Part shown: positions 31,063 to 44,261 of the stretch, one piece after another
Numbering within the stretch: the stretch's first letter is position 1
How the letters are laid out: the number at the start of each line of letters is the position of its first letter
The notes under the pieces: generated by a model
Told to the model about the DNA's origin: nothing
The model's database searches: none
Seen by the model: the letters and a program-made list of their open reading frames with translations, nothing else
Assembly: GCA_964016885.1 (NCBI GenBank)
Contig: OZ024762.1
Coordinates: 434,001-498,000, forward strand
DNA length: 64,000 bases
Source: Eledone cirrhosa
Lineage: Eukaryota
Direction: 5' to 3'
Translations under genes and position numbers: made by a program

Positions 31063-31926
31063 AACCTGGACTATATGTAAATTATATGTCTTCTTTTTTG
31101 TTTTGTTTTCAGAAAGAACAGATAAAATTCCTATGAATACCATCAAAGCTGTTGTCACAGAAGCACTAGCAGGACACGAAGATTATCATATAATGGTAGT
31201 GTATATATATTTATATATGTATGGGTGTGAGTGTATATATTTATGTGCATATATATATGTCTATTTAATATTAGTTAAGACAGGATTATTTCATCATAAT
31301 TGCTTTATTGTATTATATATATTTCTGTTACATGGTTATACATGTGACTTCATCAGATGCTTATGCAATCATTAGGATATGTCGCTGGTCATGTATTACC
31401 ATCCAGTTGTGATGTTAGCAGATATGTTGGTTTGGGAGGCCCCTTCAGTTGTGTCAGAGACATGACAACTTCTCCTGTTCACTCAGTAGAACGTGGGATT
31501 GTACATAAGTGAGATGACAGATCCCTGGCCTGTCTTGGAGGTCAGTAGCCCCACTTTAGTACTAACTCTGTCTATGTAGAGACCCTTCCAACTCATGCTT
31601 GCAAGGAAAGCTGACGTTAAAACGATGATGTCGATGATGATGTATCTCATTAAAAATATGATCATGAAAGTGTTAAGTTATCTTAGTAATGAAATAATTT
31701 ATAATTTTATTAAATCCCTTAAAATTATTAATTAATTAATTACTTGAAACTGTATTTCATTAGAGATATTGATTGACACTAAGTGTTTAATTGTATTGTA
31801 TTTTTGTGTGTTTAGGGAATTCAACTTGGGACCACAGAGGCGTCACGCTACTGGGTATATTGGGTTCCGGCTCAGTATGTCGACGCCATTAAAGACGCTA
31901 TCCTCGGCAAGTGGCAATATTTCTGA
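27987..31926 (+). CDS. UBFD1: Ubiquitin domain-containing protein UBFD1, 7 coding exons, ~287 aa
   Basis: Exons 27987-28128, 28637-28780, 28993-29028, 29333-29505, 30395-30569, 31113-31195, 31816-31926 are in frame. UBL domain (FKVIFNKQKFDV...GVPATMQKIMFKGL), GMYNKSGGKVRLTFKLE, and C-terminus SRYWVYWVPAQYVDAIKDAILGKWQYF*. The start may extend upstream through the acceptor at 27960. Confidence 0.93.
29552..29782. repeat. 29-bp minisatellite, 8 copies, UBFD1 intron
   Basis: (gggccacaggtaccccttctgggttggac)n. Confidence 0.95.
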
Positions 31927-32587
31927 TGTTAGGAAACCAACGTGCAATACACGGCAACAACAACAGCAGCAGCAGCAACAACAACAACAACAAAAAGAAA
32001 GAAAGAAAGAACATTGAAGCTAAACCACCAAATTACGATCTTTGTACAACATTTGGCAAAAAAACTCTGAGCAACTGCCCTGGCCAGGAGTGAAGAAATT
32101 CTTCTGTGAAGAATACATTTTTTCCTGGTTTCAATCTCTCCCCCCACCACCACCGCCATCATCATCAGCACATTTGCTGGGCCAGTATCTCTTGACAACA
32201 GCAACTCATCTTTTTGGAATGTTTTACTGGAAGGAAAGTTGGTGTTTTTTTTAGGGCTGTTTCTATCAGTCTTGCGCCATCTTGCTCTATGTTGGCTTTG
32301 AATCTTATAATAAAGAAGCCACACTTTCTCCCTTCTCTCCCTCTCTCTGCCTGCTTTAGACTGTGTCTTGGACATGTGTGGTTGCTTTGCTGAAACGTAC
32401 ATACAACCCACAACAGATGCGGTTCGTTCTTGGCCAAACTTTGTCTTGAAAAAAATTTAAAAAATCAAAAAAATAAGAAAAGAAAACAAACTCTTAACTT
32501 TGTTTCATTTTAACTTTGAGTGTAAAATTAAAAAAGAAAAAATATTACAAAAAATAGAAATTTTCTTTGTCTTTTTAATCTCCCCAA

Positions 32588-33360
32588 ATTCTCCATCTAA
32601 CCATCCACCCATCTCTCCAGCTAACATCACTAACCATCTAACCATCCACCCATTTCTCCAGCTAACAATCACTAACCATCTAACCATCCACCCATCTCCA
32701 GCTAACATCACTAACCATCTAACCATCCATTCATCTCTCCAACTAACAATCACCAACCATCTAACCATCCACCCATCACTAACCATCCATCCATCTCTCC
32801 AGCTAACAATCACTAACCATCCACCCATCTCTCCAGCTAACAATCACTAACCATCTAACCATCCATCCATCCATCTCTCCAGCTAACCATCCACCCATCT
32901 CTCCAGCTAACAATCACTAACCATCTAACCATCCACCCATCTCTCCAGCTAACAATCACTAACCATCCACCATCTCTCCAGCTAACATCACTAACCATCT
33001 CTCCAGCTAACAATCACTAACCATCTAACCATCCATCCATCCATCTCTCCAGCTAACAATCACTAACCATCCACCTATCTCTCCAGCTAACCATCTAACC
33101 ATCCATCCATCTCTCCATCTAACCATCCACCCATCTCTCCAGCTAACCATCCACCCATCTCTCCAGCTAACCATCTAACCATCTCTCCATCTAACCATCC
33201 ATCCATCTCTCCAGCTAACCATCCATCCATCTCTCCAGCTAACCATCCACCCATCTCTCCAGCTAACCATCCACCCATCTCTCCATCTAACCATCCACCT
33301 ATCTCTCCATCCATCTCTCCAGCTAACCATCTACCCATCTCTCCATCTAACCATCCATCA
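32588..33360. repeat. CCAT-rich complex satellite
   Basis: Mixed aaccatccacccatctctccagct units. Confidence 0.9.
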
Positions 33361-33476
33361 TCCCATCCTTGGGTATGTGGTTTTTAGTGATGTTTTTATT
33401 GTATTGACTGTACTCTATATAATATATATACAGTACCAAGTAGTGCTATCTTCTGTATGTTGTATATATATATATA

Positions 33477-34130
33477 CTAGCAGCAGGACCCGGCATTGCA
33501 CGGGGCAGGAAATGTGAAATAGCAACACACATGCAAAGATTGAGGAATGTAGCTGTGTACTTTTTGAGTTCCCTTATTCTCAGGGAATGATTGTTCATCT
33601 ACTGGAAACGTAGAACACCAACAGGCCGAATCCAGTAGTAGCAGTGTCAGTGGGCTGATTGCGGAAATCCTGTATGCGAAAGGAGTGTTGTGGGGCGATG
33701 TATGTTGTAAGTCTGTTCACGGATGGGGAACACAAGTCAGTCTGAAGGAGCGATGTAGTCAATTGTGTGAAAACCAAGTAGGGGTGTTGAGATGACGAAA
33801 TCAGCATGGCAACACAGCTGCAACTGAAGGGGGTCATCATGCAATTAGCACAAACGCTGGGCGGCACTGGTTGCACTGCGTTTACACAGCAGCAAAGGTG
33901 CAACAAAAGGGGTCACCACGGAATTAGCTGCAAATTCAAGGAAATCGGCTAAAAATGACTAAAAAATGCAGTTTTTTGCCCAAGGCAGAAAAAGTTGAAA
34001 TATTTTTTAGCCCATTGCATTTCAAGAAATATAAGTAACGCATGTGTAAAGTTTGAAAAAAATTGGTCAGGTACTTCTCGAGTTTTAGGGATTTACACAG
34101 ACAGACAGACATCCTCTGTTTTATATATAT
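33477..34130 (-). mobile_element. Non-autonomous Helitron-like element
   Basis: The minus-strand 3' end has a hairpin CCCGTGCAATGCCGGG followed by CTAG|T. The 5' end reads TATATATAAAACAGAGGATGTCTGTCTGTCTGT. Confidence 0.65.
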
Positions 34131-34471
34131 ATATATAAATATACACACATTGAGTCACAGGTGTGGAACGTGACTTAACTGTTACATTTTTAATGAGTTC
34201 TGCCCCCCCCCCCCCCCCCTCCCCCTCCATAACACCTGGCAGCTGATTTTGTTTGTACATACGCACACACAGTTACATATATATACATACAGACGCACAC
34301 ACAGGTACACATACACACACCACAGGTGCACATGCATCACCACACACATAGCTATACACACACCACACACAGACATAGCTATACACACACACACATGTGA
34401 TTTGTCACAATTCTTTTAATGTCCTCACACAAAGGAATCAGTGGAACATCTCTCTACACCGGAATAGTAAA

Positions 34472-37400
34472 ATGGTGACCAGGAACAGACTTAAGAATCT
34501 TCCATCTTCCGAGAGAAACAAAGAAATTATGATTTCTGGAAAAGGTTGGAATAATTCCAGATCAAAACCTGTGCTGGATTTTACCAGAAAACTTGAAGTG
34601 ATCTGTAAAAGAGCAAGACAGTCTGGGATTGATATTGATACAGTTCTCTGGTTTGTTAGATCACATCTGGGACCTGCTGGTAGATTACACATGGAAGCTG
34701 CTGGAACACATCTGGAGCATGTTAGACCACAGCTGAAGTCTTCTGGATCACATCTGGAGCCTGCTGGACAGACAAAGCTAAAGACACTATTGTGGCACCA
34801 GAAGAAAACCTTACATCATATTGTCATAATTTCTTTGATCGTTTCTCTTCTACTTTCACCAGCGCTCCGTCATTGGGTTCGTAATTCTTCATGTTTTCTT
34901 GAAAACAACGAAATTCTGATGGAAACATTGAGGCCAGCTTCGAACTGTGAAGAACTGTGTCAAGGAATGGATTCAATACCGATAGAATTCAATATCAACA
35001 GAGAAACCTTCATAGAGAAATATGCATACACCGGTCGACCAGTTTTGGTCAAGAATGCCACGAGGAACTGGACAGCACTGAAAGTATTCTCTTTTAGTTT
35101 CTTCCAAAAGTTGTTCTCTCCAAGACTGGAACACCTCGAAGAATGCATGTTTTTTCCATACAACACAAATTTTACAAGTTTGGAGCAGTTTTTAACAATG
35201 CCTGAGGGCCGAGCACGATTTCACCCTGGTCAGATACCGTGGTATGTTGGCTGGTAAGTAATAGGGGATTCTTTTAGTTCATGTTTGGTTTAACCCTTTA
35301 ACATTTACATTACTCTATATATACTATTGTATTTTCACAGTAAAGGCTTTACCTCACATAATATCTCACATAACATTTACATTACTCTATATATACTATT
35401 GTATTTTCACAGTAAAGACTTTACCTCACATAATATCTCACATAACATTTACATTACTCTATATATACTATTGTATTTTCACAGTAAAGGCTTTACCTCA
35501 CATAATATCTCACATAACATTTACATTACTCTATATATACTATTGTATTTTCACAGTAAAGGCTTTACCTCACATAACATCTCACATAACATTTACATTA
35601 CTCTATATATACTATTGTATTTTCACAGTAAAGGCTTTACCTCACATAATATCTCACATAACATTTACATTACTCTATATATACTATTGTATTTTCACAG
35701 TAAAGACTTTACCTCACATAATATCTCACATAACATTTACATTACTCTATATATACTATTGTATTTTCACAGTAAAGGCTTTACCTCACATAATATCTCA
35801 CATAACATTTACATTACTCTATATATACTATTGTATTTTCACAGTAAAGGCTTTACCTCACATAACATCTCACATAACATTTACATTACTCTATATATAC
35901 TATTGTATTTTCACAGTAAAGGCTTTACCTCACATAATATCTCACATAACATTTACATTACTCTATATATACTATTGTATTTTCACAGTAAAGACTTTAC
36001 CTCACATAACATCTCACATAACATTTACATTACTCTATATATACTATTGTATTTTCACAGTAAAGGCTTTACCTCACATAATATCTCACATAACATTTAC
36101 ATTACTCTATATATACTATTGTATTTTCACAGTAAAGACTTTACCTCACATAACATCTCACATAACATTTACATTACTCTATATATACTATTGTATTTTC
36201 ACAGTAAAGGCTTTACCTCACATAATATCTCACATAACATTTACATTACTCTATATATACTATTGTATTTTCACAGTAAAGACTTTACCTCACATAACAT
36301 CTCACATAACATTTACATTACTCTATATATACTATTGTATTTTCACAGTAAAGGATTTACCTCACATAATATCTCACATAACATTTACATTACTCTATAT
36401 ATACTATTGTATTTTCACAGTAAAGACTTTACCTCACATAACATCTCACATAACATTTACATTACTCTATATATACTATTGTATTTTCACAGTAAAGGCT
36501 TTACCTCACATAATATCTCACATAACATTTACATTACTCTATATATACTATTGTATTTTCACATTAAAGACTTTACCTCACATAACATCTCATATAACAT
36601 TTACATTACTCTATATATACTATTGTATTGTCACAGTAAAGGCTTTACCTCACATATCAAATCTATGAGATTTTGATATTATTTATTTTGAGAACAATAC
36701 CTTAACATTAGTATGAGTGGCCAGTTACAACCAGTTTGAACAGAAAGAGGAGAGAATTCTGGCCAATTTAAATGATAAAGGGTCAAATGTATTAACTGTG
36801 ACCTGATCCTTTAAAGATATTACCATCAAGTTATGTTTTCTTCTTCCTAAGGAGCAATTGTGATCCTGTTATCTCCATTGAATTAAGGAAACATTATGAA
36901 AAACCCTTTTTTCTGCCAAAAGACTCAGGAACTACAGCTGAGGATTGGATTTTTATGGGAGGATTTGGTAAGGGAGCTCATGTTCACGTAAGTATAGACC
37001 TTAGTACTTTATATTGAGGTAGATATAGGGACCACTACTGTATATGTGGAGTCTAGTGTGGCCCAGTGGTGAGGGTGTTGGACTTCTGATCATAATGTTG
37101 TGGGTTTAATTCCTGGGCTGGGTTGTGTGTGGTGTGGAGTCTAGTGTGGCCCAGTGGTGAGGGTGTTGGACTTCTGATCATAATGTTGTGGGTTTAATTC
37201 CTGGGCTGGGTTGTGTGTGGTGTGGAGTCTAGTGTGGCCCAGTGGTGAGGGTGTTGGACTTCTGATCATAATGTTGTGGGTTTAATTCCTGGGCTGGGTT
37301 GTGTGTGGTGTGGAGTCTAGTGTGGCCCAGTGGTGAGGGTGTTGGACTTCTGATCATAATGTTGTGGGTTTAATTCCTGGGCTGGGTTGTGTATTGTGGA

Positions 37401-38427
37401 GAAAAACACTTCATTTCATGTTGCTCCAGTATACTCAGCTGGAAATTAGTACCAGCAATAGCTGGGGGTTTAACCCTGTGATGGACTGGTGTCCTGTCCA
37501 GCGGGGAGTCTTGTACTCTCAGTCGCTTCACGCCATGAAACCGGGATAAGCCCCGGCCTAACGACCCTTCTGGCTTAAGACAGACTTTAGACATAGACTT
37601 AATATAATTGCTTCTACTTTTCGCAAAAAGGCCAGCAATTACCCCAGTGTATTACTGGTACTTTATATTATCAACCTCGTAAGGATGAAAGGCAAAGTTC
37701 AACTTAGTGGGATTTGAACTTAGAACGTAAAGGGCCTGCTGCCAATATAGGGATCACCATCATCTCCAGAGTAACCACTAGCATCACCATAGTAACAACA
37801 ACCGTCCACATTCCGTTGTAGATAGATGCAGTGAAGCGGCCATCTTGGCAAGCTATGATAGCTGGGAAGAAAACATTTATACTTATTGTACCTCCTGAGT
37901 GTGAAGAGTTCTGTAAATATACCCTGAATGTTACCATGGAAACTGGAGATATACGTGAGTCATTTGTTTTACTGTTTTTGTTTAAATACTACTACTACTA
38001 CTACATATGTGTGAATTGTAACAACAGCATTCTTTTTTCTCTTGCATATATCAATTTCTTCTTGCCTCTCTCTCTATACATATACATAATATATACACAC
38101 ACACACACACATACAAGTTGCGATATATATGTATACACACACACATACATACAAGTTGTAATATATATATATATACATATATACACACACATACATACAA
38201 GTTGTAATATATATATATATATACATATATACACACACATACATACAAGCTGCAATATATATACATACACACACACAAGTTGCAATATATATATATGTAT
38301 ATATAAATCTGCATCATGATATATTTCCCTTTGTCTTCTAGTTATATTGGACACCAACCAATGGTATCATTCTACTTACATTCACCCTGAAGAGGTTAGC
38401 ATTGCTATTGGATCTGAATACGACTGA
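34472..38427 (+). CDS. Membrane-anchored JmjC/cupin-like 2-oxoglutarate oxygenase, 4 exons, ~378 aa
   Basis: Exons 34472-35253, 36852-36987, 37822-37954, 38342-38427 are in frame. Hydrophobic helix HIVIISLIVSLLLSPAL; FIEKYAYTGRPVLVKNATRNWTA; PWYVGWSNC; DWIFMGG; H-x-D (AHVHIDAV) with a distal His (QWYHST). Start codon inferred. Confidence 0.85.
35294..36782 (+). mobile_element. TTAA-flanked (piggyBac-type) MITE expanded by an internal ~18 x 75-bp tandem repeat
   Basis: ttaa|CCCTTTAACATTTA ... TAAATGATAAAGGG|tcaa terminal inverted repeats. Shorter relatives at ~340-605 (-), 11090-11292, 22510-22950 and 53860-54085 (-). Confidence 0.65.
37045..37580 (+). mobile_element. tRNA-derived SINE whose 90-bp head is tandemly repeated ~4 times
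   Basis: Four copies of gtggagtctagtgtggcccagtggtgagggtgttggacttctgatcataatgttgtgggtttaattcctggg, then a SINE body. Confidence 0.65.
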
Positions 38428-39454
38428 AATTATCTGCCCTTGAACTAAACGCTATTTCACATCTAATGACCATAAAACAACAAAAAACTAAAAACAAACT
38501 AAAAGAGTTGATTAAAAAAATGAATTTAATAAATTGTGAAATTTTATGATTTGTTTGTTTGTTTTGGCCTTTGTAAGTTTGAATACTTCAGTAGATATAA
38601 ACATAGAAAACCTTACCCTCAGAAAGGTTTATGTCTCAAAAGGGGAGTTTTAGACAGTTTGATATGAAAGGGGTTTAAAATGTGTTTAGCACGTATTTTT
38701 TTAGAAATTTTTAATTTTCATAAATTTCCATCTCTTTTCCCCAGAGGTGTAGTCCAAGGAGTGACAGCTAGCACCATATACATAATATCCTCTATAATTA
38801 CCCACACCTGTTAACGGACTGTCAATGTCCTGTACCACATGAAACCACATTAGCAAGATATTGTTGAAAAGTAGATAAACACCGGCTATGACAGCATCAT
38901 TTTCACAACAATTTGTCTATTTGTAAAGATGTGAAGATATTATAAATATTTGAATTAACAAACAATCCAGTTTTTTTTTTATATGACATTTTCTGCTAAA
39001 TCTCTAGAGGATGTTAAAGAGTTATATGGTGGAGGCAGCAACACTGTCTCAACCACAAGGCACCAAGGGCCCTTTACTGCACCACAGTCATTTCTCCAAG
39101 TATTTCATGATAACGAAAACAGTAAAATTAGGTTGGAATGAAGACCACCACTTCTTCTTTATACCAAATATATATCAGTAACTAAAATGAATAATTTTGT
39201 CTGTCCTGCCCCGTCTTGAAATAGGGGTCTTTTGTCAGGTACTGAATAGTATAGTTTCTGTTTTAACATCTTATAATAGGGGTCCTCTTCTGTTTTAACA
39301 TCTTATAATGGGGGTCCTTCATCGGTGTTGTATAGTTTTTGTTTGAAATAGGGGTCTTTGTCAGGTCCTGTCCAGTGTAGTTTCTGTTTTAACATCTTGA
39401 AATAGTGGGGTCCTTCCTCTTCCTCAGATTTAACCAGTTCTGGTCAACTTCAGC

Positions 39455-42119
39455 TCAAGCCGTGTATTTTAGGCAGCTGCAAAATTATAAAAGACAAACA
39501 TAAATAAATTATAAATCAACTTTTAATTTTCCAACAAAATATTTATTAACTCTTTTAACATTTACATTGCGCTATATAGGATGGAGGCACTCCATCGCTT
39601 ACGATGAGTGTTCCAGTTGATCCGATCAACAAACAGCCTGCTTGTGACATTAACGTGCAAGTGGCTGAGCATTCCACAGATAATCGTACTCTTAATGTAG
39701 TTCTCAGGGAGATTCAGCATGACACAGAATGTGACAAGGCTGGTCCTTCCTTTGAATTACGAGTACAACTCATTTTTACCAGCTGAGTGGACTGGAGCAA
39801 TGTGAAATAAAGTGTCTTGCTTAAGGACACAATGTGTTGCTGGGAATCGAACTCACAACTTTACGATTGTGAACCGAGAACCCCAACTACAACACGTACA
39901 TCACACACAGACACACATATATTACACAATGACACGTACATTACACACAAACACACACACATTACACAATGACACACACATTACACACAAACACACACAC
40001 ATTACACAATGACACACACGCATTATACAATGATACACAACAGTTGTTGAAAGACAAAGATATCCAACTCACCGAGTATCTTGATGTGTCCCCAGACATT
40101 TTGTACAGCAGTAACGAGCACCACAGGAAACACATTTATAATTAGATGGGAATGTAATGATCGTTAAGGTGTTTTAATCACAGGTATGGCCAGAAATTGA
40201 CAAATGATAATAACAATGATTTCTACTTTAGGCACAAGGCCAACAATTTGAAGGTAAGGGAAAGTCGATTAAATTGACCCCAGTGTATTACTGGTACTTT
40301 ATTCTATCGACCCCGTAAGGATGAAAGGCAAAGTTAACCTCAGCAAGATTTGAACTCAGAATGTAACTAAATACTGCAAAGCATTTTGTCCAATGCTCTA
40401 CCGATTCGGGTGAAAGAAAGGTGAGTAAAAGAGAGATATTTCAAGTAAAAGGATATCCACAAATAGCACAAAAATGTTTCTCTGGAAATTTTGAAGGTGG
40501 AACGACAGCTGAGAAATAGTTTGGAGTCTTTTTGATGGCCATTTGCTGTAGGAGAGAAATATCAGATAGAAATATAGGTTTATATATATACTATATATAT
40601 ATGTAAGGTGATGGTGGTAGTGCTGGTGATGTGACAAAAGTACCCAGTCCATCTTGTAAGACAGTAGTACGTTGTTTTACATTACTTTCATGCCTATACA
40701 GCAGTTTCAAACCAAAAAAAAAAAAAAACCTTATCAGTTACAATTGATATAAATTGAGTCCTCTTTAGATGTTGGTCTTTGTATTTTGTATAGAACCAAA
40801 GCATGCTTGGAGAAATTAGACATTAAACGATGATTATATATATATATATATATATAAAGTACAAGACTATTGAACTAGGGAACTGTAGAACTATAGAGTT
40901 ACTGAACTATGGAACTATAGAATCACAGGATGGTAAATATTACCTCTTCTTCCAACAATGCATTGAAAGACTTTTTGCATCGTTTCAGTTGTTCAACTTT
41001 ATTCTTCTTTTTCTTACGACCAATTCCTGTGATAGATAGATAGATAGATAGCTATATAGGTAGGTAGAGAGGAAGAGAGAAATAGATAGATATGTAGGTA
41101 GATAGATAGACAGATAGATAGATATATAGATATGTAGATAGACGGACAGAGAGATAGATAGATAGCGAGAGAGAGAGAAATAGATAGGTAGATATATCAT
41201 TAGTTCTCAAATTATCCTGCTATCCCACTCCCACAACAACAACAATAATTATATATAAAAAAAACAATAACAATAATTATACATAAAAAAAACAACACCA
41301 ACCAGAGCTCATGGTGTCTATATATTCATCAAACTTGGGAGCCTTCTTGCTCATCTTTAAATCAGCGTGTGGATCAGCTTGGAAATTGTCGGACTCAAGG
41401 GCTTCCAGTGCTTTCCGTGCTCGCCGCTTCCGAGCAGCATCGTCGAGGACACGTTTTTTGTCAGCTTCCCGGATCCGACCTGTAATTGGATGGTGATAAA
41501 ACAACAGGAATCAGATATTTACCTTATCATCATCATCGTTTAACATCCATTTCCTGTAGGGAGATTCCTTTTGTTGTCAACAGTGGGAGTAGCTCTCTAA
41601 ACTTCTTCCATCCTATCCTTATTCTAGCTATTATATTCTCAAAGCATGTTCCTCCACTTCTAATTAAGTCACTTAGGTAGCAGAAGCTATCAACCACTTC
41701 TATGTGTGCTTCTCAATAAACAAGCTCAATAGACTTTGTCCAGAGCTACAATGATTCAAATGTAAAAGATAAAAGTATCTATTTTTACATTTGAATTATA
41801 TATAAGAACACAATACACCACCCGGTCCAAGAATCGAACTCACAACCTCACGATTGTAAATCCGAAGTTATACGATCTTTTCGTTAAAATAACTGGAATG
41901 TTCCATTCTTGTTATCAGAATCTCATCAGAATCGATTAAATATCAATAATATTATTTATCATTACAACTCCATTATATATATATATATATATAAGATGTC
42001 CCGAAAAAATGTAAACACACTTTGATTACCTGTACATACAATATTTATTAGAATGTTGTTGAAGTGTGTATGCATTTTTTGGGACACACTCTCTCTCTAT
42101 ATATATATATATAGTGGAG

Positions 42120-42167
<48 letters not shown>

Positions 42168-42442
42168 GGAACACACGAGAATGTGTTTCTGTATTTAAGT
42201 CATAATAAATCTTTAAATTCCGAGTTCAAATCTAGGTAAGGCTGCTTTTCTAACTTAAATCCTGGCAGAAATCGGGGAATACACAACCAGTAATGTACTG
42301 GAGTCTCAATTAAATCAATTAAACTCATCCAACAAAATTTCACAGCTTCGTTACCTTTGATGTCGAAGATCTATTATTTAAATATATATTTATACTCACC
42401 AGATTCCTTCTTCTCTCCTGGTGTCTTCTTAGGAAATGCCAT
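39455..42442 (-). CDS. ZNHIT1: Zinc finger HIT domain-containing protein 1 (Vps71/Swc6), 6 exons, 164 aa
   Basis: Exons 42442-42400, 41479-41303, 41026-40944, 40545-40457, 40153-40073, 39476-39455. RVLDDAARKRRARKALEALESDNFQADPHADL and zf-HIT FCAICGFPSNYKCVSCGARYCCTKCLGTHQDTRCLKYTA*. Intron 4 is AT-AC. Confidence 0.95.
39582..39890 (-). mobile_element. Second SINE family
   Basis: Minus-strand tRNA-like head (gtgagttcgattcccagc) followed by ccttaagcaagacactttatttcacattgctccagtccactcagctg. Related pieces at 52225-52455 and 54350-54480. Confidence 0.6.
40154..40456 (-). other. U12-type (minor spliceosome) AT-AC intron in ZNHIT1
   Basis: 5' site |ATATCCTTTT, branch point ACCTTAAC (40170-40163) ending 9 nt before the AC| 3' end. 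Joining here restores C-G-F-P of the zinc finger. Confidence 0.92.
40218..40405 (-). mobile_element. SINE copy inside the U12 intron of ZNHIT1
   Basis: Reverse complement of the 1712 family. Confidence 0.75.
41525..41715 (-). mobile_element. RTE-clade LINE fragment in ZNHIT1 intron 1
   Basis: IEVVDSFCYLSDLIRSGG...IIARIRIGWKKFRELLPLLTTK followed by a (TGA)n tail. Confidence 0.75.
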
Positions 42443-43934
42443 TTTGTTTCTTTTGAATAATTTACAAAAAAATAATACGATAAAGAAATATAATTTTCGA
42501 TCCTTAAATTAAAATTTCAGCTTCTTTCTCGGATATTTGTGAATTTATAAAAGCGAAGACGGTGTAACTGAAAGAAATGTTCCCTAGGAATAAATATCCA
42601 ACACTATTGTCTTTAATGTAAAATAACTGTTTAGTTTTGAGAGATTTCCGTGTTAAAAAGACATGTTAAAACTCATTTTTTTTTTATTAAATTATTATGT
42701 CCGGCATTTGCTTTCAGGATGTGATTTTAAAATTCAAATAGCTTTTATTCTAAATACATTTAAGAAAAATAATTATTAGAAATTTCACCGTAATTTAAAA
42801 AAAAAGTTTTTAATCTTTTAAGAGTTACTTCCCTTATCAGATATCTTAACACAAGTTTCTTTTGTGATTTAATAACAGAGAGCCCAGACCTATCATGTTG
42901 TTACAGCTCACACCTATATAGGTTTAGCTGGTTGTATCTCATAGCAGGTTTCTCAGGTGTATTAATGATAGGGACCCCAGACCTATCATGTTGTTACAGC
43001 TCACACCTATATAGGTTTAGCTGGTTTCCTACATGGTTGTATCTCATAGCAGGTTTCTCGGGTGTTTTAAAGATAGGGGCCTCAAATCATATAAAAAGCA
43101 ACAGCCTATCTAGGAATCGAACCCACGACCTCATCATCTCAAGTCCAACTCTCCGATCATTAAATTACGCTCTTTCTTATGTATAATGTTGTTTTTCTGT
43201 GAATGTTGACATATCAGATTGTTGTTGTTGTTGCATAGGATGGTCGTTGTGATGGTGGTGGTGGCGTTGTTGAGGGTGGTGGTGGCGTTGTTGTGAAGGT
43301 GGAGGTGGTGTTGTTGAGGGTGGTGGAGGTGTTGTTGTTGAGGGTGGTGGTGGCGTTGTTGTAAGGTGGAGATGTTGTTGAGGGTGGTGGAGGCGTTGTT
43401 GTAAGGTGGAGGTGTTGTTGTAAGGTGGAGGTGTTGTTGAGGGTGGTGGTGTCGTGGTTGTCATTGTTGTTGCTGTTAAAGGTGAGGGTTGTTGTTGCTG
43501 ATGTCGTTCTTGTTGATTTTCTTCTTGTTCAACAACAACAACCACCTCCCACAACACCACCAACAACAACAACACCAACACCACCGCCCCAACAACAACA
43601 TCATCATCACCCCCACAACGACACCGCACCCCTACCCCCACAACAACAACAACACCACCCCCACAACAACAACAACGACACCCCAGTAAGTAGATAAATT
43701 CAATTGGGTCAGACATGAAATAAAATTTCACAAAGGATTAGTTTACAAAGCTGTCTTCCTTATGTTATAATACTTTGTAATTAAGGTGAGTGGATGGGGG
43801 AGGTACAGTAGTCCCCTCCCACCATACTTCCCCCAACCACACACTCATAAACATACAGACATATCCAACTTGCACCCCATCATCATTCTTGATCACGTTA
43901 TCCTTATATATATATATAAATATATATATGTACG

Positions 43935-44130
43935 TTATTCCGGGTTGAATCGGAGGTAACCACAGTAAGTAAGGTACTCAATACATAGCAGAGTATAACA
44001 GTTTTAATATAGATGAGATTCTACAGGACTAGAACTGTTTCATTCATTAGAAATCATCAGGAATCTCCTGATGATTTCTGATGATTTCTAATGAATGAAA
44101 CAGTTCTAGTCCTGTAGAATCTCATCTATA
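43935..44130. mobile_element. Penelope-like element, family B, fold-back pair
   Basis: Near-perfect palindrome ~44010-44130 centred on tcatcagg-aatct-cctgatga; the core is locally duplicated. Confidence 0.62.
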
Positions 44131-44154
44131 TATAAATATATATATATATATATA

Positions 44155-44220
<66 letters not shown>

Positions 44221-44261
44221 TATATATATTATGAGGGTCAGTTGAAAACTTCATGGGCTGA

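Noticed and set aside
31941-32017. Poly-Gln ORF overlapping the end of UBFD1
   Set aside because: A CAA/CAG repeat in the 3' UTR; the true frame stops at 31926.
35327-36676. 449-aa ORF, the longest in the track
   Set aside because: It is a 75-bp (25-codon) tandem repeat inside a MITE within an intron of the JmjC gene.
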